Shown here in pieces: positions 39,199 to 52,480 of a DNA stretch of 64,000 bases (the first letter of the stretch is position 1; every line of letters starts with the position of its first letter). The stretch is taken from assembly GCA_963693365.1 (NCBI GenBank), contig CAVNZM010000002.1, forward strand, positions 14,913,615 to 14,977,614, in the 5' to 3' direction. Source of the DNA: Amoebidium appalachense. Its lineage: Eukaryota; Protista; Ichthyosporea. The notes under the pieces are model-generated. The model did no database searches, was not told where the DNA came from, and saw only the letters and a list, made by a program, of their open reading frames with translations. The translations under genes and the position numbers were made by a program.

Positions 39199-39746
39199 CC
39201 CGGGGGGGGGAAAGGGGGGGGGGGCGGGGAGGGGGGAGGGGAGAGGGGGTGTGTTCCAGATGAGTAATAGTCACAAAATGGACCCGAATAACGTATGTGG
39301 TGGTGGTATATCGGGAGGGAAAAGAGGGGACCCGAAGGAGATGGGGGGAAAAGGAGTGGGGAGGGAGAGAGAGAGGCAGGGGGGTGGTGGTGGTGGGGGG
39401 GGGGAGAGGGGGGGGGGGGGGGGGGGGGGGGCATTTAAATAAATGGATATTAAGGACGTAATAGAGACGCTAGAACGAAGGGAGACAAGAAGGGGAAAAG
39501 CGTTCTGGACGAATGGGGTGTTTGTACGGGAGGAGAAGGAAGGGGGAAAGAGTGTGGTTCTTGTGGGGGTTCGAGGCGATTCGACATGAACATGTGATTA
39601 TAATGTTTTGGGGCCAGTGAGGTACCACGCACCACATAGCGCTTATCCTCAAAGTCCTGGTGAGCATATGCAAACAGTAGCTTGATGGGCTGGGCCAGGC
39701 CACGGATGGCCCAGTAGGCGAACACGGGCTTGTTATCCTGAGTCAT
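36768..39746 (-). CDS. Glutathione S-transferase, Mu-class-like, copy 1 (223 aa)
   Basis: Exons 39746-39633, 39143-38919, 37788-37590, 36901-36768. Motifs: AYWAIRGLAQPIKLL (catalytic Tyr), Mu-loop [49 protein letters not shown]. Confidence 0.95.
36976..37189. mobile_element. hAT-type MITE (214 bp) in GST copy 1 intron 3
   Basis: TIRs taggcccctgcagaagtatccc / gggatatttctgcaagggccta (20/22 match). TAG...CTA termini, flanking 8-mers gtagtgtc / ttagtgtc (7/8, TSD-like), and internal aatatc subterminal repeats. Confidence 0.8.
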
Positions 39747-40376
39747 CTGATGGGGGAGGGGGAGGGGGGAGGGGCGGGGAGGGGGAGGGTCATGTATGTG
39801 GGGAGGTGGGAGAAGGGGGGGGGGGGGGGAGGGGGGGGGGGGGGTGGAGGAGAAGGGGGGACGATGCGGGACAATGGGGCAAAGCCATCGTGTTATTGTA
39901 GGTAAAAAGGTGAAAGGAAGGCCCCCGAAGGGAGGAATCGGAGAAGGCAAACAGTGAGTTTGGCAAAACGAACAAGAAAAGTACCTAACGAGTCGCAAGG
40001 AAAAGAGGAATGTTGGGGCAAAATAAGTTCAATGGTAATGCATTGTGAAGATGCCGTGCTAAACGCCAGCATGTTGGGTTGTAATGTTGCTTATGGTGCT
40101 TTTAGGAAAAAGGCCAAACGGGCGCGTCGCCGCGGAGAGTAATTTTTGTAGGTTGAAAGCTTGGGAAGGAGGAGGGGATGGCGCAAGGTGAAGTCACAGC
40201 GAACGAGACAACACGGGCACGAAGGAGCAGACACAATATGTGAGCGCGGCTGGCGGGCAAACTGTAGGAGACAAAGTGCGCAGTGGCATGGCAACAGCGC
40301 AGGGGCAGTGTAAAATGTTCCTGAAGTGTATATGTGGGTGGGTGGCCGGCTGGAAAGAGGGGGGAGGAGGAGGGGG

Positions 40377-40426
<50 letters not shown>

Positions 40427-40471
40427 GGAGAGAGAGAGAGAGATGGATAGAGAGCGGGGGGGGGGGGGGGA

Positions 40472-40558
40472 GAGGGAGAGGGAGAGGGAGAGGGAGAGGG
40501 AGAGGGAGAGGGATAGGGAGAGGGAGAGGGAGAGGGAGAGGGAGAGGGAGAGGGAGAG
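40472..40558. repeat. (GGGAGA)n hexanucleotide repeat
   Basis: Directly visible, in the predicted 5'-UTR intron of GST copy 1. Confidence 0.9.
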
Positions 40559-40680
40559 AGCTACAAAAGAATCCGATAGGGCTTACCTTCGGGCTCGAGA
40601 CAAACTGAATTAGTGGCGCCCAAACTCGCGACCGTCGTCTGCTTTTTGGGTGCTACCCTCAATTCCCAAGCTCCTAGGGT

Positions 40681-40843
40681 GTGACGTAATATTTGGCACG
40701 AAATTTATTTGGCACGAGCCTGCAAAACGGTGAAAATGGGGCAGGATGTCGGCCAGGCACCGACAGGGGCTTGGGGGATACCCCTGGATGTGCTCCGCTA
40801 GCGGGCTGGTGCCAAATAAATTCGTGCCACATTTTACGTCACC
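40681..40843. repeat. ~43-bp inverted repeat enclosing two small hairpins (transposon-end-like)
   Basis: gtgacgtaatatttggcacgaaatttatttggcacgagcctgc pairs with gcgggctggtgccaaataaattcgtgccacattttacgtcac. A partial third arm lies at 40846-40875. Confidence 0.8.
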
Positions 40844-41896
40844 AGGTTCGTGCCAAATTATTTGGTGCCAATTTTTTTGGGGCATAAATGGGTCGGTTCG
40901 AACTATTATAGGTCGAATCAGCTCGAATCGTTTCTGACCCGTTTTTTTGTGGCTCATCGTTGGTGGCGTCTGATTCGAGGAATAAACTCGAAAGGCGGGC
41001 TAAGCAAGACCACGTCGACCACCGTTGCAGGTGGCCTACTTGAACGGGCAGTCACAGCCTGGACTGGCAGTTGACAGGTGTGACACAGCGTTAGCATCCT
41101 TATCATATTGCAATATTGCAGTAGGCTCATATAAAAACAGACAACACCCTTTAATGCTTGATCATAACTGACAGTACCTATTTTGTGTGAGCATGGGTTA
41201 CAAACATGCTCGCGTCCGCATTGGACGTGGGCAGGCCATTGGGCTTTGCTGAGGATTCTCGTTCATGTTATCCTCGCCTTTTGTCTTTTGGCTGCAGCGG
41301 GTTCAACAAACAACCCAGATGGGGTGAATAAAAAAGTCATTAAGGAAAACAAATCTTGGTCTAAAGATCATGCCAAGCTGCAACAGCCATTCGTTGCACG
41401 GTACATTGATTGCATAGCGGATCATGAGGACTCTGTCGAGGCTGGCACGTGCCCTCCCCAGCCCTTCTTGAGGGATTGGGTGTGGCATCAAACCCGTCAT
41501 GGCGGCCGGATAGATGCATCTACAGCGGAGGGAGTCCATCATGTGCTCCCCCCCCCCCCCCCCCCCAAATGGGCTCTATTTGTGTTGCATCCTCGCTTTA
41601 TGCTGCCTTTTCTGCTTTGGCTTGCCTCTTATATGTTGCTATCACCCGATAGGGTGTGTGGGGCAACGTGTTCCATATGTTTTGTGTGACCATTCTGTGC
41701 AGTGTACCCACTTAAAGCCCACTCCTCCGCTTTTCCCCCTTCCCCCCTTCCCCTTTAAGGATACAATCAGTCAAGAGGCAGTACAGGATAGTGGGTAGAG
41801 AGTTTCTGTGTGTCACGGTGTGTGCCTGTGGGTGTGTGCCTGTCTGTGTGTGTGTGTGTGCCTGTGTGTGTGTCGTGAGTGTGTGTGTGTGTTGAC

Positions 41897-42003
<107 letters not shown>

Positions 42004-42036
42004 ACCGTATGTATGTGTGTGTGTGTGTGGACGGTG

Positions 42037-42082
<46 letters not shown>

Positions 42083-43018
42083 GGTGTGTGTGCCTGTGTG
42101 TGTGTGTGCGTTTGTGTGTGTGTGTGGGATGTGGGCGGGTGGGTGGGTACAGAGAAGGGGCTACAGAGAAGGATGAGGGAGGGGAGAAGGGGGAACTTTG
42201 AAAGAGAGAAGGGAGGGGGGGGGGGGAAGCGTGTATGTGTGTGCCTGTGTGTGTACGTTAGAGACAGGGGAGGGGGAGAAGGGGGAGAGGTCAGGGTAGG
42301 GAGAAAGGGAGGGAAGGATGAGTGGGTGGGTGGGTTGGAGGGAAGGAGGGAGGGGGAGAAAGGGTAGAGAGAGAAAGGATAGAGGGAGGGATGGCGGGAA
42401 AGACAGAAAGAGAGGGGCAAAGAGAGGAGGGCAGTCGGTAAAGGGGAAGGGTGGGAGGGTGGGACGGAGAGGGAGAAGGGGGAAGGGGAGAATTAGGCAG
42501 GGGGGGGGCCGAGAGCAAGAGGGGGGGTGGGGAGGGTGTGGGCGGTCTGTGTGTGTATGTGTGTGTGTTTGGGGGGGGGGGGGGGGGGGGGGGTGGAGGG
42601 AGGGGGTTGGATGGGGGATTCGGTTGGGAATGGGTTCTTTTTAGAACTGGCAACCATTGACCAGCTATTCTCTCACCCTGTCTTTGTCTTCACTCTGCAG
42701 CTTATGGCAACAATGGCAACCGTTCCTTGGCTGAGTGTGGTATGGAGGTTGGGCCTTTCGACAGTGATGGCTCTGACGATGACGATGAGGGGTCAAGTGA
42801 TGAGAGCCCCGGTCCATTCAACGTGTCAACATGTGTGCGCCTAGCCGGCCGCAAGCTCAATGCCCGGCGTGCAATGCGCAAGCTGATTGGGTCTGTGCAC
42901 AGCTTTGAGGGGTTTGCTTTAGCAGCGCAGGACCCGGATCATCTGCTCTTCACTATTGTGTTCTTTGACGAGGCCGTGGCAGCAGACATACAGCTTGCCA
43001 GGTGCTTCCTGCCGAACC

Positions 43019-43050
<32 letters not shown>

Positions 43051-43334
43051 CCTTCCCCACCAATGCCCCCCCGCTCCTCCCTCTCGCCTCTCCCCCCTTT
43101 CCCCGCAGGGCCTCCTCCCCCTTTCCCCCATCCTCCCCCCCCCCCCCTCGCCCCGCCCTTTTCTGCACCCTCCTCCCCCTCTCCTCCTTCCCACAATCCT
43201 TCCTCCCAACTGCTCCACCTCCTTACTTCCTTGCACGTATCAATCCATCTCTCCTTCCAACCCAAGTGACACCAGTTTTTTGTCAGACAACCTGCCTCCC
43301 CAGGCCCACTTATTATGCCTGTCCTGTCCCCCCC

Positions 43335-43410
43335 CTGCATACTTAATTGTTTGCCTTTGCATGTGTCCTTGGTGTTTGCGTACTTCGTAGCGTGTTCCGC
43401 ATTCAACCCC
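43335..43410 (+). repeat. Dispersed intronic repeat family, copy D
   Basis: tgtttgcctttgcatgtgtcctt...ttcgtagcgtgttccgcattcaacccc is the near reverse complement of 61660-61730. Confidence 0.8.
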
Positions 43411-43655
43411 CCCCCCCCCCCCTCCCCCCCCCCCCTCAGAAGGGCCTCTGCCCATTCGTCCCTCCTTTTCAAGTCCTCCGTTACCTCTTACCTCCCCTAA
43501 TTCTCATTTCTCTCTATACCTATATCTTCCATCCTACCTTTTTGGAAGCTCCCTGCTTCTCTTCCACCTATTTGAAAGCATCTGCATCTATCCCCCCCCT
43601 GTTCATAGCCCCTCCTTCATCAGTACTCCCTTACATCTGCCTGGCCCCCTTCAGA

Positions 43656-43692
<37 letters not shown>

Positions 43693-44618
43693 ACCTCCCC
43701 ATCCCCCCACCTCCCCCCCCCCCCCACCTCCCCCCCCCACACCCCTCCTCTTTCACACACATGCACACACGAACACACCCATGCATGCACGCGTGCACCC
43801 TCCCTCGCATCCACGAGCACGCGCACACACTCTTATTCACTTATAGAATTGTTAATAGTCTAATGCTCCTTTACCCCCCCCTCCCCCCCCCCCCCCCCCC
43901 CCCCTGTAATCTTCGCTTATTTATGGGTGTGTGTGTGTGTGTGTGTGTGTTGTGCGGGGTTGCACACACCGGTGTCTACTTTTCTTCCTACTTTTTTTCT
44001 CTCCACACACTTCACCTGTCCACTTCTGCATACCCCCTCTCATAGCTATAGACACACTTCACACATTGCGTTACGCGCACGCACACATGCACACACCGCT
44101 CTGTTGGCGACAGCTCCCTTGGAACCCATGCGGCATGTTACCCACCGGCGTAACATAACTCGGACTATCGATTTGGCTTTTTTCAAGCCCAAAGCAATAT
44201 AGCATATTTCCGGCTGACATCCGGGGGCATAGCTTTCCGTTCGAAGACGTTAAAGTTCCGCTTCAGTAAGCGTGTTACTACCCTGCGGCGTGGGTCAAAT
44301 CTCATATTTTCCCCTCTGATTGCGAATTCTGCGGCCTTCGGGACTTAATTCTTTTCAGCTGGTGTAGTATGTTAGCCAGGGAAGTATCGACTTAGGTAGC
44401 GACGGGGGAGCTTCCTAGAAGCCCCGTTTCCTGAGTTCCTATCTATATTTTTCTTGCTTCTGCTTACTGCTGCAACTTTAACCCCCGGCCTTTCCCACTG
44501 CCCTTGCCTGCAACCCTGCTCGTCTCTGATCAAGACGGGTGACCTACCCATGTTCAAGTGAAACAGTATCTGAGTTGGGTTCCGTTAACGAGGTGAATAG
44601 GTCGAAACTCGGGTACTG

Positions 44619-44750
44619 TGGATGACGTGGGCCCCCCCTGAGGATGCGCTCTGCTTATTATGCATACTCTTTATGTATGGCTTGCATTCTGCATCGTGTT
44701 ATCCGTTTGTTCTTGTGTACTTCGTACTTTTTGACCCATTTAAACCCCCC
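44619..44750 (+). repeat. Dispersed intronic repeat family, copy B
   Basis: Aligns with the reverse complement of 10303-10410 and ends in poly-C. Confidence 0.8.
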
Positions 44751-46369
44751 CCCCCCCCCCCCCCGCCCCTCCCCACGCACACACACACACACACACACAT
44801 CTTTGTTGCACGCACCTGCGCTCACAGCCACGAGCGCACGCACACACACAGACGCGCACGCACACGTCTATCCACCCATATAGCTGTTAATAATCTAATG
44901 CCCCTCCCTCCCCCCCCCCCCCCCCCCCCCCTCCACCCACCCATCCACACACACACACACGCCAAGGTTTCCCTTGTTCTGCTCCTCGGCCTTTCCGCCT
45001 CCCCCTAATCTGTCTTTCTCACTCTCCTCCGCCTCTCTCTGCCTCCCCCCCCCCCCCCCTCCCCCCCCCGTCCCACCCCACCCCACCACCACCGCCCTAC
45101 CACCCTCCCACTTCTTGTCTTTGCTTATTCTTCCTTGTGATGTGCAACACAGGGACATATCCGGGCCACCTGAGGTCCAGCAACAACGCCTTCTTCAAAT
45201 TCTGGGTGCCTGGAGAATGGAGCTTATGGAAACACCAGCTGACGGCAACTGTTTGTTTCATTCGGTGTGGCATTATGTCAATCAGTGTCTACAAAGCGGT
45301 CATGTCGCTACCCGTGAACATCTCAACACATTGGGGTTTACAGCTAATATGGAGCCTATAGAGGCGATTGGACGGCTACGCGAACTAATGGTAAATGAAT
45401 GGCGGCGAAATCTAGCAGAATACCAAGGATTCCTTTCAAGGGTGACCCTCGCAGACGTAGCTGATGATTTCCGCTGTCCTCGGCATGCCCATTTTGCTTC
45501 TGCGGATTCGGCGGATGAATTCCAAAGCACCCAACAGTCTGGGGTGATTTCCCCCTAGCCAGCACCAGCACCATCCGCAAGCGTTCCACCCCAGTTATTA
45601 TCACACATACCCGAGCACGATAGCCAGTGCACAATGTAGCGTCTGTCAACTGACTTTAGCAATCCCTCCCCATTTGTGTCATACTTTATACTTAAATGCA
45701 ATGATGTAGGTGCAAGGCCATGTTGTATGCTCTGGTCACCGCTTTTGGCATCCGCCTGCTCAGTTTTAGTGTCACGGATAATAGGTGGGAGTGAGCCAAT
45801 CCCTCCACGTAGTTTTTTATTTTTCTAATTGTTATTGTGGCTGCCAGCTGCTTTGGGGTCAGGTGGCAAACGTAGAGCATGTCTAGTAGGTTCGATTAGT
45901 ATGGGATTTGGCATCATGATGCCAAGTTAATACTTAAGAATCAGTTTGTTAGGTGTTAGTTGCAACATTTAACTTCCAGTAATGTTCAGCATGTCATAGT
46001 GGTAGTTTATGATTGTAATGTTACTTACAGTTTAACTGTAATGTCACGGTGTATGTAGAGTATGCTATGTCACATTCAATGCACACACGCACGGCACATA
46101 CACACGAACATGCACACACGCAACCACATACACGTCAAGCACACACTACATCCATGCATGCGACATTCGCCTTTTTAATACCTATGATATCATTACGCGT
46201 AGTCAAAATACCATAATAATAATGTGTAGAAGTGATTGCAGGTCACTTTCACATGCTGCAGCTGTTTAATTAATAATGACACTAATGGCACAAGCACACT
46301 GCAGATTCGGATTCCACCCCCCCCCCCCCCCCCCCCCACAAAAATCCCCCCCCCCCCCCCCCCCCCCCC

Positions 46370-46436
46370 CTCGTACCGTGTTCCGCATTCAAACCCCCCC
46401 ACCCCCCTCGTTCCCTCCCCCCCTCGAAATTTTCCT

Positions 46437-46476
<40 letters not shown>

Positions 46477-46540
46477 ACACACACACAAAAAAATCCCCTC
46501 CCCCCCCCCCCCCCTCGTACCGTGTTCCGCATTCAAACCC
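46370..46540 (+). repeat. Two tandem 3'-end fragments of the same repeat family
   Basis: tcgtaccgtgttccgcattcaaacccc at about 46371 and 46515, each embedded in poly-C. Confidence 0.8.
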
Positions 46541-46642
46541 CCCCCCCCCCTCGCCGAGTTCCCCCCCCCCCCCCCCCCCCCCCCCGAAATTTTTGGTTGC
46601 GGTGGCGGCGGCGGCGGCGGCGGCGGGGCGGCGGGGGCGGCG

Positions 46643-46680
<38 letters not shown>

Positions 46681-46739
46681 GGGGGAGGGGGGGGGGGGGG
46701 AGAGCTTGGGAAACGAGGGTGTAACCGCTTTTTGTGTGC

Positions 46740-46944
46740 CCATGAAGTCTATGGGGACCTTCTTTATTTTTGTAAGCGATGTGATTGGTGGGTAGTTTTT
46801 TCACGGAAAACCAATGAAAAAACGTTGAATCTGCAATTTTGGGTTTCGCAGACAGGGTTCGAAGTTACGAAAAAAAATCGGAATTTCCGATATTTGAAAA
46901 CACAGTTCCGAAAATCGTCCCGGCCAAATCGGAACGGCCGAGAG

Positions 46945-47019
<75 letters not shown>

Positions 47020-47206
47020 CCCCCGGGGGGAAGCTTCTCATGACTTCGCAGGTCTCATCATACACGGGGCATACACCACCCACACAAGCTGCACACGTAC
47101 GTACGTGTCTCCCTGTCCCTGTAGAATGTTCAGTGGCAGACCCTGACTACAGCGCCAGCCTAGCACATGTACATGCTGTCACACCAAACACATTTATGCA
47201 CACACC

Positions 47207-47245
<39 letters not shown>

Positions 47246-47914
47246 ACGCACACAATTCACATACACACAGCCGTGACACCACATATGCATCATAGCCATG
47301 CATGGCCATGGCCACATGAACATACAATGCACATGCCTGCGCATGTATATATAGGCCGGCCTCCACTTCAAAACTTCCCCCCCCCAGAAATCGAACCCCA
47401 TTCCCCCCTCCTCCGCTGCCCACCGTTTCCTCCACCAGTGCTGCCCCTCCTTCTCCCCCCACCGCCGCTCCGGCCCTCACCCCCCTCCCCCCCCCCCCCC
47501 CCCCCCCCCCTCTCAGGTGGATCCCTCCCCCCCCCCCCCCCACTAGTACTCCCCTCCCCCCCCCCCCCCCCCCCCCCCCAATTCCCCCCCCCAGGAAGGC
47601 CTAAACATAGAATGGATCTAGATGCTCAGAGTCGACGGCCACCAGGTGCAGGTGCCACGTGTATCACGATCAGTGGCACGCGTCTTCAATGGCAGGCGAT
47701 ACACACACTGTGCACCACTGTGTTCCGTTCAAAGACACACATCCACATATATACACAGCCGTGACACCACACAATCATGTGACCTAGGCTAATACACGTG
47801 CACAGGCACATACTATCTCAGATCATGATAACTGTATTACAAACGTGCACATGCATCCACCCTGTACAATCACATGCTATGCACCCACCCACCCATGGCC
47901 ACACACACACACAA

Positions 47915-47947
<33 letters not shown>

Positions 47948-48005
47948 CACACTTACACTGCACACACACACCATGTACACGGCGCACGCACACACACCCC
48001 GTGAC

Positions 48006-48040
<35 letters not shown>

Positions 48041-48238
48041 CAAGAAACCGTTGGTACAAACACACACACCCACACTGGCATGTACACACACATACACAGG
48101 TGTACACATGTACACACACCCTGCATACATACACACCACACTGCACACACACACACATACATACACACACTGTACATACATACACACACACCATAACCGT
48201 TGACACAAAACACACACACACATACACACAATGTCATG

Positions 48239-48287
<49 letters not shown>

Positions 48288-48563
48288 ACATGTGCACACA
48301 TGCACACTGAACATAGACACACACACACCGATTACTACCGCTGACACAAATACACACACCCACACCTGTACACATACACACAATCACACACACCGTGCAT
48401 ACATACCCACCACACACACACACACACAATTGCAAAGAAAAATACTCACACACACACAAACACAGACACAACCACCCGACCTGATTTTCTCCCCCCCCCC
48501 CCCCCCCCCTTCTCCCCCCCCTAAACATTCGATTTCTGCCTGAGCTTCCCATGTTGCTGCCTC

Positions 48564-48611
<48 letters not shown>

Positions 48612-49060
48612 TCCCCTCCCTCAGAATTTTTAAATACGGAGACAAAATGTATATACATATTGTCATTATGTAATGCACTTCATATTTCCCTTTTATTCCT
48701 TCAAAGCTTCAAGTGCCAACACCAGCAAGGCTCTAATAACCACAGGGGGTTTTGAGTATGCATTATAATTACATTTTGATGCAATATAGGCACAAATAAG
48801 CATGCCCTAGTTTACTGATGCGCGATGATTACGATTTTTGGTGGGCCTGCTCCGACGGAGCATTCCGATTTTCGAAGAGGTTTTCCGAAACGGGATTTCG
48901 ACTTCCGTTAATGGGCTCCACCGTCCTTCGAACCCTGTTCGCAGATTTGCCTAAATAGGCGAGGTCACGGACAACATTTGCATGGTGGTGGCCAAGTTGG
49001 CTGTGGGGCCGTACGAGGGTACCGGTGGCTGTATTTGTGGTTTCCGAAGGTTCATAGAAC
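46740..49060. mobile_element. Possible decayed non-autonomous TIR element
   Basis: Patchy inverted similarity: acagggttcgaag (46852) vs cttcgaaccctgt (48926); gaaaatcg/cggaat motifs vs attccgattttcg; tctatggggaccttc vs gaaggttcataga. No TSD identified. Confidence 0.35.
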
Positions 49061-49287
49061 GTGTGCGAGGCTATGCATATGCTATTGAGACTGATGGCCC
49101 ATAATCTGCAGGGGTATGCCGAATTTCACGGGGACCGGTGCGTTCACTGCAAATTTAGCATTCCATATATATATATTCTCGGTATACCGTGGCGAAGGGA
49201 GGATGAGTCAGTGCTTTTGTTCGCATTAAATATAGATGTGTGTGGCCATGCATGATCGCGTGTGGCTCAGGAGGGGTGCGCGGCGGG

Positions 49288-49322
<35 letters not shown>

Positions 49323-49612
49323 TTCATCATGATCACTGTCCACTGCGCAGGGAAGAATATTCCCGGCACACATACTAACACGATTAAAAACTTAGCTTCT
49401 TGTAGTTCGCAGTAAACCATTTATTCATTGTTTGCCAACTCTGTTAAAGAGCCACAACTGACCTTCGATCCCTAGCGATCAACTGTTTTTGTTTCCGTTT
49501 TATGGAAACGCCGAGACCAGCCTCCGTGGACTGTGAATAAAAATTAGCCAACCATTCGCTTTAACACTGAAGTCGGCATCCAATGAATCATTCTCAATAA
49601 ACGAACAATAAT

Positions 49613-50312
49613 TTACTTGAAGCCGGCCTGGGGGTTGTTGATAGGGTGAACAATGTTTTCTGGGGAGGCGAGGTATGCGGCAACCTCGGGAATTTGGGCA
49701 ACCCGACGGTGGAAATCCTTCACCTTGGGGTACTTGTCCAGGCAGCCTGCAGAGGTCTATTTAGCACACTGCATATTGCGAATACCCTTTATACACATAC
49801 ATGCCAGTGTTTACCTGACTAAACAAGAAGAGAGTTGATTTTTACAGTGCATGTACCGTCTTTCTGCACCAATCAGATTTTTGCAATCATATGATCGGCT
49901 GGTAATGGGAAATCTATATAGGAATCGTTTGCTTCGCCCAAAAAGTTGACTCAGAGTCAATCAGTCAGCCAATCACATCCCATAGACCTGCCTTGCTCCG
50001 ATTGGTGCAGAAAGACAGCCCAAGCTCTGTAACGCAACACAAAGGAAAACACACAGTGTTCATAGGACGTGTGTATGTTGACGTCCAGTATGCAGGTGTG
50101 GCGTGGCGTGACAGGAGTACTGGTGCGGGCTGGTGGAGGGACTCTTTCTTTTTATGCAGGACGGGACGTAGCATGTGTGAAAACGCACCATAGGCAACAA
50201 CGTGCAAACGAAAGCATTCTATTGGCATTCAATAGCGGCCAAAGGGTACGCTTTGTTGGCAATCCGCTCTCTCTCCCCCCCCCCCCCCCTCCTCCCCCCC
50301 GGTGCACTTTTT

Positions 50313-50366
<54 letters not shown>

Positions 50367-50639
50367 TGTGGAGGTTGGGGGGGGGGGGGGGGGGAGGGGA
50401 GGGGGGGGGGAGGGGGGGGGGGGGGGGGCTACAGTACCGGGGAACATGAGGGAGACCTGGTCCAGCAGCTCGTAGAAGACAAAGTCGGGGGCAGTCGGGT
50501 AGTCGGCACAGAAATAGTCCTTGTGCAGCGCCCGCTCAAACGACCCCAGGCGCTTGGGCAGCCCTGCCTCGTAGTCTCCCTTGAGCTCCTGGTAGCGGGG
50601 GTTGTACACAAGACCAACAATGCTGTTGCGGAAAGACTG

Positions 50640-50670
<31 letters not shown>

Positions 50671-51407
50671 GAGAGAGAGAAAGAGAGAGAGAGAGAATGT
50701 GTGTGTGTTTGTTAGTCCAAGACGGTATAGTTGGTGAATGTGAAGGTCGAAGGAAGAGTGCAACACAACGGCCACCACGGAAATGGGGAGGGAGGGAGGG
50801 GGGGGGGGGGGGATGGGGGAAGAGCGAGAGAGAAAAAGAAAGAGAGAGGGGCGTGGGTGTAAAGGGGATTTGGGACAGGGAATAAAGCCGGAGTCAACAG
50901 GGCATGCGGGGATAGGGAGGCCCTGGTGGAAGTGTGTGTGTGTATATGACAGGGAGGAGCCGGGTCGGGGGTGGAGGAGGAAGAGGGGAAGGGGGGAGGG
51001 GAGGGAGGGGCAACAATAAAGAAGGAAGGGTGAGCGTGCACAGGGTGGAGGGGATGTGTGTCCACTGTTAGCCCATGCCGGGGATTGACAAGACCATCAT
51101 TACGGCTGCGGGGTTTTTAACATCTAACCCCCCCCCCCCCTCCCCCATCATTCTCAACTGTTTGAGTTTGACAGGTGGGCCCATTCTCCAAAAGGGCCTT
51201 GGAACTCAACGGGAAGGGAGTAAGGTATCTCCCCCCCCCACTCCCGAAGATTATATCCACCCCGTCTTCTGTCTTACACGGTCATTGTCTTCTCATTGTT
51301 GCTGGTGGGATGGGAAGTGCTGGTGGTGTCCTTTTTTCTTTTCTTTCTTTCTTTTCTTCTTCTGCTTCTTCTTCTTCTTCTTCTTTTTTTTTTTTTTTTG
51401 TTTGGAT

Positions 51408-51442
<35 letters not shown>

Positions 51443-52089
51443 CGTACATAGGCCACATCGATCATCTCGTCCACGCGTGCCTGTGTGGTGAGGTCCTTGC
51501 CCAGGGTCTCGGGCTTGTACTTGCGGGCTACGTGCCGCAGAATGGCGTTGCTCTCGCTGATCTTCACATCCCCATCGACCAGGTACGGCAGGTTGGGGAA
51601 GTCCATCTCATGGGAGAGCTTCTCCTTTGCAGATAGCCACTGGGAGGCATCATAATCAGGTGCCTCACCGCACTGTGTGTGTTGTGGGGAGGGGGGGGGG
51701 GGGGGGGGGGGGGGTTAGAGGAAGAACTGTTACAAGAACATTGTGTGCATAGGAATCGGGGGGGGGGGGGGGGGGGGGGGGGGGGAGGGGAAGAGTATGT
51801 GCGAGAGAGTCAGGGACAGCCTAGTGAAGTGAATCGTGCAACATATAGGTTGGTAGTGGTGGTGGTGGTGGGTGGGTGGGTGGGTGGGGGCGGGGAGGGG
51901 GGGGGGGAAGTCGAAAAGATGAGATTTCTGAGGCTTGAAGCGATAAGGGTGGGGGGGTGGGGTGGGTGGGTGGGTGGGTGGGGGGGGGGGGGAGGGGGGG
52001 GGGGGAGGGGGATGCTGTGGTATACAACTCCAAGTGCAGTTCACGGATATTTTAATGCCCAAAGAAGTGGTTGGTGTGGGGTCCGGGAA

Positions 52090-52129
<40 letters not shown>

Positions 52130-52480
52130 GCAAGGTCAGCTTCGGACAAGGCATGCGTAGACAGACACTTACTCCTTTAGGGTATACGTAAAATGGCAGA
52201 GAAAAAGGGAAAGGGAAAGGGGGAAGGGGTAAGGTTCTAATGGCTGCTATGGTAATAGTGGTTCTTGCTGCGCAGCTAAGAGCCATACTAACAGGGGTAG
52301 TGTAAGACAGGCAAGGAGTAGGGTCCCATGAAAACACGTGATATTCGGGAGTGCAGTACCACGCACCACATAGCGCTTGTCCACGAAGTCCTGGTGGGCA
52401 TATGCAAACAGTAGCTTGATGGGCTGAGACAGACCACGGATGGCCCAGTAGCCGAGCTCGGGTTTGCTGTCCTTCGTCAT
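49613..52480 (-). CDS. Glutathione S-transferase, Mu-class-like, copy 2 (223 aa)
   Basis: Exons 52480-52367, 51672-51448, 50636-50438, 49746-49613, with exon lengths identical to copy 1 (114/225/199/134). Motifs: [39 protein letters not shown]. Confidence 0.95.

Noticed and set aside
40613-40626. tggcgcccaaac, resembling a tRNA-Lys primer-binding site
   Set aside because: No adjacent LTR end or gag/pol sequence.
44100-44580. Possible solo LTR (tgttgg/tgttac start, aaaca-gtatctgag PBS-like end)
   Set aside because: The PBS match is degenerate, with no TSD or second copy in the window.
46370-46540. CRISPR-like spaced 27-bp repeats
   Set aside because: Only two copies, the spacer is mostly poly-C, the context is eukaryotic and there are no cas genes. 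They belong to the dispersed repeat family.
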